Made by a program: the position numbers and the translations under genes. DNA of 64,000 nucleotides, from IMG/VR virus record IMGVR_UViG_3300009103_001660, positions 32,001 through 96,000 of that record; one strand, given 5' to 3'. Each line of letters begins with the position of its first letter. Positions within the stretch are counted from its first letter, which is position 1. The stretch is from a virus. Shown here piece by piece: positions 56,680 to 64,000 of the stretch. Under the pieces are notes generated by a model. It made no database searches. It saw only the letters and a program-made list of their open reading frames with translations, and was not told where the DNA came from.

Positions 56680-57805
56680 CTAGTACCTCATCTTCTGATA
56701 TACCTAAGATCCTTGATTTTATTTCGTCCATGGTGGAAAGATTTTTTACCTCTCTTTTGATGTCTTTTTTTCTTAATTCCGCTAGGTCTATTAATTTTTT
56801 TCTAGACTCTTCCTCTTTCCATATCTGAACTAGATTTATAATGCTTGCATTTTCTTTTATTTGATTTTTGAGGCGGTCACTTCTTTTTTCCTTCAGGGCT
56901 TCGAGAAGCTTTGTTTGCCTGTTGATACATTGATTGTATTCAGTTTGAGATTTACTTATGGATTCTACGAGAGACATAGATATTCTTCTACCCTCTGTAT
57001 CATCTGCAGCATTGTCTAAAAGTCCAGACAGGTGTTCTATTCTTCTTTGTATGTTAGAAGCTATTACAACTTCTGCGGATAATACGATATACTGATCTAC
57101 CTCTTCTTGGGTTAAGTCTGGTTTGTCCCACGTATATCTAACGAAACTACTTTCAAACAAGTCTCTATCGGTTTGGCTTACGTAGTTGTTAATTTGATGT
57201 AAGAATCTATAGGTATTTAAATATCCTATAAATTTTTCTATATCCTTTTTTATTTTGGTGTTTGTTTTACTTTTATCTATAGCTTCGTGAACATATCTGT
57301 TTATTTTAGATATGGCTTTATCAATAGTTTTCGGCGGCTTATACTCCTCCATGGCAATTCCTGCAGTATTTTGAAAAGATTCAGAAACGTTCAATGTGTC
57401 TGTGTATTCTTTTACTGCTCGAGCTTCTTGGCTCAAGTTTGAAAGCTCTTGGTTATCAAATAGTATTCTGGCCATTTCGACGCAACTCATCATGGTAAAA
57501 TTATTTCTGATATACTCTTTATGCTCTTCGGTCAATGTTATCTTTTTAGGTTGGTAATCGTGCAGGGATCGCGCTTCTATTTTCCTTGTTGCTAAGAATG
57601 CTTTAACTAGTCTACCCTCTTTTGTTCGGCCATCTAAATTTTGTCCAGGAAAAGCGACATTAATCATTTCCTTGAGAGAGGGGGGATTACTAGGTCGAGA
57701 ATTCCACTCGTTTAAAATTAGATTCTCTTGATCGTCCGTAAGGCCGTTTTCATTGTCGGGCCTACGTTCATAATAATCTTCCCCAGATGAAGCGTGTAAA
57801 TCCAT
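56672..57805 (-). CDS. Hypothetical helical protein, terminase small subunit candidate
   Basis: Two genes upstream of terL; HTH-like segment (MSCVEMARILF) and coiled-coil C-terminus; inference from position. Confidence 0.4.
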   Translation of the reverse strand: MDLHASSGEDYYERRPDNENGLTDDQENLILNEWNSRPSNPPSLKEMINVAFPGQNLDGRTKEGRLVKAFLATRKIEARSLHDYQPKKITLTEEHKEYIRNNFTMMSCVEMARILFDNQELSNLSQEARAVKEYTDTLNVSESFQNTAGIAMEEYKPPKTIDKAISKINRYVHEAIDKSKTNTKIKKDIEKFIGYLNTYRFLHQINNYVSQTDRDLFESSFVRYTWDKPDLTQEEVDQYIVLSAEVVIASNIQRRIEHLSGLLDNAADDTEGRRISMSLVESISKSQTEYNQCINRQTKLLEALKEKRSDRLKNQIKENASIINLVQIWKEEESRKKLIDLAELRKKDIKREVKNLSTMDEIKSRILGISEDEVLDG

Positions 57806-57806
57806 T

Positions 57807-58520
57807 TTAATAAATATCTATTTCATCATTTTCTATTGCTTTTTTTGCCATAGAAACTATTCTTTTCTTTACGTTTTTGATTTGTTTATATCCTGGTGAC
57901 CTATTTTTTTCTGTAGTTTTATATCCCATTTTTTTTGCTACTTCAAGTTCAGATAGGTTGTCAATATATAAATATTGATAAATTGTCCATTCGTGCGGTT
58001 TTAATATTTCCTCCATTCTTTTATGTAAATTTCTGCTGCTTATTTCTATATCCAAAGATTTATTATTGGCTATGTAATAAGTTTCTTGGGTCTGATTTTC
58101 TAAAGATAAAGCAAATTTAGTTTGCAGTCCACTCTTTTTGTTCTTTTCCCAATTTTTGTATAACGGACATGAAGAGCTTTGTTCGCCATATATAGTACAT
58201 CCTTTTTCTCCAGATACCGCTTCACACCTATTACAAGGTTTAACGAAGTTACTGTAATTATTTCTAATTAGATTTTTTATTTGATTGGTTATGATTGTTC
58301 TAACCCAAGGTTTTGGGTTTTTTGTTTGGTCAAAAAGGTGCCACTTCTTATAGATATGAAATCTAAGAATTTGAGCGACATCATCATAGTCCATCCAACT
58401 AATAGAATCTAACTGCCATTTAGAGCGTCTTTTTGCGATTTCGACATTTATCATGTCAAGACAGTCTTCGAACTTTAACTCTTTTGATGTGGTCTTTTTA
58501 GAGCTTTTTTTTCTGCTCAC
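57807..58520 (-). CDS. Phage RNA polymerase sigma factor (sigma70/ECF-like)
   Basis: Region 2-like DYDDVAQILRFHIYKKWHLFD...KPWVRTIITNQIKNLIR; region 4-like LKPHEWTIYQYLYIDNLSELEVAKKMGY. Confidence 0.8.
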   Translation of the reverse strand: MSRKKSSKKTTSKELKFEDCLDMINVEIAKRRSKWQLDSISWMDYDDVAQILRFHIYKKWHLFDQTKNPKPWVRTIITNQIKNLIRNNYSNFVKPCNRCEAVSGEKGCTIYGEQSSSCPLYKNWEKNKKSGLQTKFALSLENQTQETYYIANNKSLDIEISSRNLHKRMEEILKPHEWTIYQYLYIDNLSELEVAKKMGYKTTEKNRSPGYKQIKNVKKRIVSMAKKAIENDEIDIY

Positions 58521-58897
58521 TTCTCGGGCTTTTTCCTTATAGATCCAGCTTCTTTTTGGAACTGTTGTTGTACCTCATCCTTGTTAAACTTTTTTGGTCT
58601 TCCCCTTTTTCCTTTTATCCCTAAATCTTTATTGCTCCATTTTCTTTCTGGCGAATTTATTAAATCCTCTAAGGTGGGGGCTTCACCGTGCTGAGAATCT
58701 ATTTCTACATCTAGACCCGTCATACCTTCGGAAGTAAAAGGCATGGAGCTTTCTTCATTTTGTTGAGTTTGTGGTAACTGCGGAGATTCTATATTGGCGT
58801 GTGCAAATGCTGTACCACATTTTTGACAAAAATTAGGCTTTTCAGACGCATACATATTAGCATGCCCACATTTGGTACAGTAAATCTTTAGCTTCAT
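58517..58897 (-). CDS. Double zinc-ribbon protein
   Basis: YCTKCG...KPNFCQKCG; probable start MKLKIYC at 58897. Confidence 0.7.
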   Translation of the reverse strand: MKLKIYCTKCGHANMYASEKPNFCQKCGTAFAHANIESPQLPQTQQNEESSMPFTSEGMTGLDVEIDSQHGEAPTLEDLINSPERKWSNKDLGIKGKRGRPKKFNKDEVQQQFQKEAGSIRKKPEK

Positions 58898-58960
58898 CTT
58901 TATATTATAACAAAAAAATGAAAAAAAACTACACATTTTTATACGGGTGTAGTATTATAT

Positions 58961-59158
58961 ATGAGGAAAAACTCTGTTATGACCTTGGCAGCAATAAAAT
59001 CAGCAGCCAAAGAAATAGGAAGCGTCACATTACCGTTGTGCAAGCATTCTGAAGAAAAAGTGTCTGAAGCCTCCATTCAGGCAAATCACCTCGCTCAAGA
59101 GATTCATAAAATCACAGAGCTTATAGAGCAAATGGAAAAGTATAAAGATTTAAATTAA
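58961..59158 (+). CDS. Hypothetical protein (65 aa)
   Basis: Preceded by GGTGTAG motif; divergent from the zinc-ribbon gene. Confidence 0.6.
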   Translation: MRKNSVMTLAAIKSAAKEIGSVTLPLCKHSEEKVSEASIQANHLAQEIHKITELIEQMEKYKDLN

Positions 59159-60187
59159 ATCTGACTCTATTGTAAAATTTAGATTTGATTCTTTATTGCT
59201 AACACTTTCAATAACTGTTTTTATAAACTGAAGTCTATTGCTATCTAGCATACCATAAGAACTCTCTATCCTTTCTGAGTTTGCCCTTATTCCTCTCCCG
59301 TAACACACAGGAAAATTATAAGTGTTTTCGTTAAAAATATTTTTATTAAATAAAGATTTGAAATATCCAGAAGAGTGAGAAACGGTCGACCCCAAATCAC
59401 TCATTAATACGCAATTTATAAAAGGGGAAATAGAAAACAGGCTTGCTGCCCCTCCAATTGCTGAATATTTAATATTGTTATAAAGGGAGCATAACATTTG
59501 ATAGGTTAATAAATATTTTGATCCTTCGTAATTTAAGATTATCTCCTCTTGGAATCCCCGTTTCCACATTTTATTTTTACTTGCTACATATACTGGTACA
59601 TCACAATGTTTAACAACCCAATCCATTAGTCTACTTTGTTGCCTTAGTTGTCTAGAGTATTCTACCCACATGCCGTTTGAAGGGAAAGCGTTTTTGTTTT
59701 CCAAGAAGATTTCAAGACCCCTTGCATCTATTAACATTGCTTTATCTATAGCGTTTTTATAAAGTTCATGTAAAGGTCCGTGTCCACCAAAACAGCTACA
59801 CGCGTCTTTCAAGTCGCAAAGGTTAGTCCATTTTTTTATCTTGTACTTTTCCCAAGCGTACCCTTTATCAAATCGATATCGGGTAATCTTACTATTGTAG
59901 TATAAGTTGTTTAAAAAATCTTCACCAGATTGAAAGGGCTGGAGTATTACGGTGTGGCCTATTAGAGATGCTATTGGAAATAGATTATATGTAGTATATA
60001 TTTTGACTTTTATATTATTTTTATTACAATAATCAAAAATATAATAGTATCCAACGTTGCCACAAGATTCATTATCGTATAACAAAACGTCAATTTCTTT
60101 TTCAAAACTTTTTTGGGGAAAGAGGTCTATCTCATACCAGCCGTCTTTTTGCTTGTATTTTTCTAAATCTATAGTTTTAATGTTCAT
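59150..60187 (-). CDS. Hypothetical enzyme, tandem paralog of 60184..61266; possibly glycosyltransferase-like
   Basis: End-to-end similarity to the neighbour (IKTIDL, DGWYEI.L, YNLFPIASL.GHT, LTYQMLCS.YNN, GG.ASLFSI.PFINC). Confidence 0.55.
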   Translation of the reverse strand: MNIKTIDLEKYKQKDGWYEIDLFPQKSFEKEIDVLLYDNESCGNVGYYYIFDYCNKNNIKVKIYTTYNLFPIASLIGHTVILQPFQSGEDFLNNLYYNSKITRYRFDKGYAWEKYKIKKWTNLCDLKDACSCFGGHGPLHELYKNAIDKAMLIDARGLEIFLENKNAFPSNGMWVEYSRQLRQQSRLMDWVVKHCDVPVYVASKNKMWKRGFQEEIILNYEGSKYLLTYQMLCSLYNNIKYSAIGGAASLFSISPFINCVLMSDLGSTVSHSSGYFKSLFNKNIFNENTYNFPVCYGRGIRANSERIESSYGMLDSNRLQFIKTVIESVSNKESNLNFTIESDLI

Positions 60188-61266
60188 TGTATAATTAGCG
60201 AGCTTAAATTAGCATTTCCTCTTTCGCTTGTCAGACCCCTCATTACTGTTTTTATAAATTCTGTCCTGTTCTTGCTTAGGGCGTCGTAAGAGTGCTTGGC
60301 GGAATCCATCTTAAGCTCGCAGGGAAAACAATAAGTATCCTCATTAAAAATAGCCTTATTGAAGAGTGATTTAAAAAATCCCGTTTGGTGAGAAACGTTA
60401 TGCCCACTATCAAGCATAATTGCACAATTAATAAAAGGGGCTATTGAAAAAAGACTAGCTGAGCCACCTACCGCTGCGAACTTAACATTATTGTATATGG
60501 AGCATAACATTTGATATGTGAGAAAATATTTATGTCCTTCATTCTCGTAAACCACTTTTTCAAGAAAGCCATTACCGCCAAACCTACTTTTACTTGACAA
60601 AAATATCGGGGTGTTAGAGTAGCTTTTTATTAGTTCCATTATATTAGCCATTGGCCCCCGCCTACCTGAGTATTCGATCCACAAAAGATTTTGAGGAAAA
60701 TGGGAGCCCTCTTCACTAAATATATCAAGTGCTCTTTTGTCAATAAACATGGTTTTATCTTTAATTGAATTAAAGAGAGTAAGTAACTCAAAGTGTCCAT
60801 AAATTCCAACGGTTTTTGCAACATAATATTTCGAACCTTTTGTCCAGATGTCCACATCGTTAAGCCATCTCATATTTTTTAACCCACCTTCATTGGAGCC
60901 TCCATCTTCCCAATGTGTTACGCCATACTTCTCCCAAGAATATTTTCTATCAAATTCATAAGTTGACTTTCTCGACAGACACTGTTTCAGCCAAGAGTCT
61001 GCGAGTAATGGTTTTTGCAAGATAATAGTATGACCGAGCAAAGACGCAATTGGGAACAGATTATAAGCCGCATGTACCCTAACTTTTATATTGCGAGCAT
61101 TGTAATATTGGAAAAGATAATGATAATGAAAATTTCCATAAGATTCACTTCCGTACAGTATAACATCCACAGTTCTCTCAAAGGATCTTTCTGGATATAA
61201 ATTTATTTCATACCAGCCATCGCTTGAATCCCTGTGGTCTTTTAAATCAATCGTTTTGATTTTCAT
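60184..61266 (-). CDS. Hypothetical enzyme, tandem paralog of 59150..60187; possibly glycosyltransferase-like
   Basis: Same shared blocks as 59150..60187; coupled to the GT9-like gene. Confidence 0.55.
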   Translation of the reverse strand: MKIKTIDLKDHRDSSDGWYEINLYPERSFERTVDVILYGSESYGNFHYHYLFQYYNARNIKVRVHAAYNLFPIASLLGHTIILQKPLLADSWLKQCLSRKSTYEFDRKYSWEKYGVTHWEDGGSNEGGLKNMRWLNDVDIWTKGSKYYVAKTVGIYGHFELLTLFNSIKDKTMFIDKRALDIFSEEGSHFPQNLLWIEYSGRRGPMANIMELIKSYSNTPIFLSSKSRFGGNGFLEKVVYENEGHKYFLTYQMLCSIYNNVKFAAVGGSASLFSIAPFINCAIMLDSGHNVSHQTGFFKSLFNKAIFNEDTYCFPCELKMDSAKHSYDALSKNRTEFIKTVMRGLTSERGNANLSSLIIQ

Positions 61267-62194
61267 GTTCGTTGATGCTTTTGTGGAATTCTTTTAGTTC
61301 GGTTTCAATAATAGCTAAACGATCTAGTTGTACTTTTTGATCTTCTTGACTTTTAGCCCAAGTTTCTTTAATCCATTCTTTTTCAAACGAAAATTCATTA
61401 ACAATAGCTTTGTGAACATATATCGGGTCATGATACCAAAGCGCTGGCCAAGGTTCATTTAATTTTATAACCTTTTGTGAGTTTGTATCTTGCATCATTT
61501 TCGTAAATGGGTCATCTCCCATTTTTGGATGTTTGATAACAATCATTGGTTTTTGTAAAAGGGCTGCAAGATGCGCGGTCCCAGTATTATTTCCTATATA
61601 GAATTTCGAAGACTGTATTAGTTCTACTTCTGAATCTTCGTCGGGATATGTCCAAGAGTAATACTTAGCTCCAGGTACCTTATAAGAACTTTCTTGTTTT
61701 CCCAGTATTGCGTAAGATATCCCTGAAGACTCTAACATTTCCCCCAGTTTATTCCAGTGATTCCAATTTTTACTGCCCCTTCTACCCCTTTTTCTTGGAC
61801 CGATCACTACATCACATTTTAGACCCCTTAATTTATTTGGTTTTATTTTAGGTACTGATTTAGGTATGGTCCCGTCGTATTTGGATAAATCTACGATTTC
61901 ATGATTGGGATATTTTTCAGAAAATATAGATATTAATTTTGATTTGTCTTTTATGGAGTCTTCGTGGTGATTGTCGCTCCACCCTCGTCTATTGTCGTCC
62001 GAAAGGGGATTCTCCCAATCATAAAAAAAATCAGAAGCTGACGGAAAGAATAGTTTTTGGCTGGGCTCACAACAAACTATTTTTTGGGGCGCTTGTATTT
62101 CGTGAACTAACCTTATATATCTAAATATAAAAAAACCAAATTCACCGTAGTGTGGAAGTATAACAATTGGTTTGTCAAAACTGTATTTAGGCAT
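61247..62194 (-). CDS. GT-B glycosyltransferase, GT9 (heptosyltransferase)-like
   Basis: N-terminal G(E)FG, VVIGPR..G..KNW..W..L, and IQSSKFYIGNNTGTAHLAALLQKPMIVI matching the GT9 signature GNDSG..HLAAA...P. Confidence 0.75.
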   Translation of the reverse strand: MPKYSFDKPIVILPHYGEFGFFIFRYIRLVHEIQAPQKIVCCEPSQKLFFPSASDFFYDWENPLSDDNRRGWSDNHHEDSIKDKSKLISIFSEKYPNHEIVDLSKYDGTIPKSVPKIKPNKLRGLKCDVVIGPRKRGRRGSKNWNHWNKLGEMLESSGISYAILGKQESSYKVPGAKYYSWTYPDEDSEVELIQSSKFYIGNNTGTAHLAALLQKPMIVIKHPKMGDDPFTKMMQDTNSQKVIKLNEPWPALWYHDPIYVHKAIVNEFSFEKEWIKETWAKSQEDQKVQLDRLAIIETELKEFHKSINEHENQND

Positions 62195-62640
62195 TATGTG
62201 ATATTGTCTGGTCTAATTGGGGGCGGCTCTTTCGGTGGCCATTCTCCTATCTTTTTCATATATTCAATGAGAGCCTTATAATAAATATCTAATCTCCAAA
62301 GTTGCTGCCTAGCGCTATTTAATTCATCTTCTAATTTATTGATAACATTACTCTGTTTCGTAAGAATATCAAACACTTCAACCATTGTATCATCCTGCTC
62401 CTTAAGAAGAGTTTGCTGTGTTTTTATTATTTTTTCTGACTCGTTAATTACTATCAATGTTTTTTGATTAGCCCCAAGAACAGCTGCTTTAGTTTTTATA
62501 TGTACAGAAATAGACCATAGTCCGCATAAAAGCACGGTTATACATGTAGAATATACGGCATTCTTATTTTTTAATAGAAAATTTAATGTTTTGTTACTAG
62601 TTTCTACAAACTTTTCTTTTATTTTTCGTAGGTATCTCAT
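62194..62640 (-). CDS. Membrane-anchored coiled-coil protein
   Basis: Single hydrophobic helix (CITVLLCGLWSISV) followed by heptads. Confidence 0.6.
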   Translation of the reverse strand: MRYLRKIKEKFVETSNKTLNFLLKNKNAVYSTCITVLLCGLWSISVHIKTKAAVLGANQKTLIVINESEKIIKTQQTLLKEQDDTMVEVFDILTKQSNVINKLEDELNSARQQLWRLDIYYKALIEYMKKIGEWPPKEPPPIRPDNIT

Positions 62641-62648
62641 AGCAACAA

Positions 62649-62688
62649 TTACACTTTATTATACCTCCCAAGGCCGTTTTTAGTGTAA
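62649..62688. promoter_or_regulatory. Back-to-back AGTGTAA motifs (divergent promoters)
   Basis: Minus strand TATAAT-AA-AGTGTAA (62663-62649) before ATG 62640; plus strand AGTGTAA (62682-62688) before ATG 62705. Confidence 0.6.
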
Positions 62689-62704
62689 TCATATATAGCA
62701 AAAA

Positions 62705-63019
62705 ATGCTTGGCGTACTAAAAAACAAAGTAAAAGAGATAGAAGCAGAAGCAAACAACCTGGACCTCCCCATCTTATGGCAAGATGCACTTCAGGATAAT
62801 TTAGCTATACTCACAAATCAGAGCGCTGGTAAAGTAGTTGCTCTTTTCGCTGTTGAAGACGATAACCAAAAACATACGTTCAAAGCTTTTGAGCTAAACG
62901 TAAAAAAATGGTCATGGGCTACAGCAGAAGGTTTCACTCCCCAAGAAATGTATGACAAGATGGGTAGTGATATTTTCAAACCAATTTCACTTAATTTTAT
63001 TTTAGCTAGTCTTTCATAA
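62705..63019 (+). CDS. Hypothetical protein (104 aa)
   Basis: Preceded by the promoter motif. Confidence 0.65.
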   Translation: MLGVLKNKVKEIEAEANNLDLPILWQDALQDNLAILTNQSAGKVVALFAVEDDNQKHTFKAFELNVKKWSWATAEGFTPQEMYDKMGSDIFKPISLNFILASLS

Positions 63020-63054
63020 CTTTTTAATAAACCCCCAACTAAAGGAGTGTTACT

Positions 63055-63288
63055 ATGCATATATATACCTGTCCGTATTGTCCACCGAGCAAGCGCTCTA
63101 ATTTATACATCACGAAAGATATGAACACCCATTGTAATTGTGAGAAAACCATATTTAACAAAACAAAGGGGTGCGAAAAGATAAAATACAAATGTAAAGA
63201 AATAATGGAATGTAAGTTGTGTAGCTCAGCCTTTAAAATAACTAAGAAGTTTCTTGCGCAACAAAAAAGGAAAATAAAAGATGGATGA
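63055..63288 (+). CDS. Small Cys-rich putative Zn-binding protein
   Basis: GGAG RBS; CPYC, HCNC, CKLC motifs. Confidence 0.6.
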   Translation: MHIYTCPYCPPSKRSNLYITKDMNTHCNCEKTIFNKTKGCEKIKYKCKEIMECKLCSSAFKITKKFLAQQKRKIKDG

Positions 63289-63343
63289 TTACGTAGCAGT
63301 ATACGGATAGCCCGCTAAGTGAATATCCTGAGGCATTCCAGTG

Positions 63344-64000
63344 TCAATCGTCATGTAATTGTCTTAATTTTTTGAGCATAAATTTAACAATTTCTGAACG
63401 CATGACGTCGTCCTCGTTGAACGAAAAAGTATTTATCCCAAATGCTTTACTTTCTTCATCAGAAAAAAGTTGTCTTAAGGTTTTGTATCCGCCAGTTTTT
63501 CCAGAGTATAAATCTGTTTGCATAGGATCTGCAAGGATGAAGCATCTGCTAAAATGACCAAGCCTAGTTAACACGGTAATAATTTCCTTTATGGTGGAGT
63601 TTTGCGCCTCATCAAAAATTATGCATTTCGCATTCCAGTTCATTCCTCGAGCGTAGTTAACGGGATACATTGATATCCTTTCATCCTTCTCCAGCTTTTC
63701 TATTTCTGGCGTTGGAAGAAGTTCATCAAGCTTTTCTAAAAAGGGTATATTATAGAAGTGTAGTTTTTGTTCAGCGTCTCCTGGTAAAAAACCAAGTTTG
63801 CTATCTGAGCTTTCTACAGCAGACCTAATGTATATAATATCAGAAATGTTTTTGCGGTCTAAGAGCTTAAGAGCACAGTATACAGCTAATGTAGACTTTG
63901 ATGTTCCAGCTGGTCCATTTAGAAAAAATATCCTATTATCTTTATCTAAGGCCGTATCTATAAATTCCTTTTGTTTATCTGTCCACTCTAAATCTCTTAC
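63344..64000 (-). CDS. phoH: PhoH-family ATPase (5' truncated by window edge)
   Basis: Frame is open to 64000: FLNGPAGTSKS, IRSAVES, LGFLPGD, YARG, IIFDEAQN, VLTRLG, D..Q.D, DVMRSEIV. Confidence 0.92.
   Translation of the reverse strand, partial: VRDLEWTDKQKEFIDTALDKDNRIFFLNGPAGTSKSTLAVYCALKLLDRKNISDIIYIRSAVESSDSKLGFLPGDAEQKLHFYNIPFLEKLDELLPTPEIEKLEKDERISMYPVNYARGMNWNAKCIIFDEAQNSTIKEIITVLTRLGHFSRCFILADPMQTDLYSGKTGGYKTLRQLFSDEESKAFGINTFSFNEDDVMRSEIVKFMLKKLRQLHDD

Noticed and set aside
62194-62640. Spanin (Rz) or holin call
   Set aside because: One transmembrane helix plus coiled coil fits, but no nested lipoprotein or endolysin is nearby, so it is left as hypothetical.
1-64000. Stop-codon reassignment (TAG or TGA read as sense)
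   Set aside because: Long genes are intact in code 11, and TAG, TGA and TAA all end genes at tightly packed or overlapping junctions.
1-64000. CRISPR array, integrase, transposase, rRNA, intein in terminase
   Set aside because: No regularly spaced repeats or recognisable motifs seen; terminase length and motifs are continuous without an insertion.

Overview
This window is a 64-kb piece of a large tailed dsDNA phage (siphovirus-like, standard genetic code) and covers most of the virion morphogenesis region. On the + strand (1-9190) is a lambda L/K/I/J-type tail-tip module. It converges head-on with a long minus-strand late region. In transcription order that region holds a sigma factor, a C2H2/ERCC4 nuclease, terminase, portal, a second tail-tube paralog with short fibres, an exported protease cassette, prohead protease/scaffold, decoration protein and major capsid protein. 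It continues with about 17 kb of accessory fibre/adhesin-like genes, neck genes, tail tube, chaperones and a 3372-aa tape measure. The right end has a glycosyltransferase-like cluster and a truncated phoH. The strongest signals not in the ORF track are: (i) a complete ~280-nt group I intron fold at the stop codon of a structural gene (38542-38825); (ii) an unannotated 49-aa Cys-rich lipoprotein-like ORF coupled to a secreted trypsin-like protease; (iii) a recurring RGTGTAW motif upstream of many genes, probably the phage late promoter; (iv) two internally duplicated tail-tube paralogs; (v) a 1646-aa protein with an extreme Trp/Tyr tract. All family assignments come from motifs recognised by eye; no database search or folding program was run. 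The host cannot be determined from this window.
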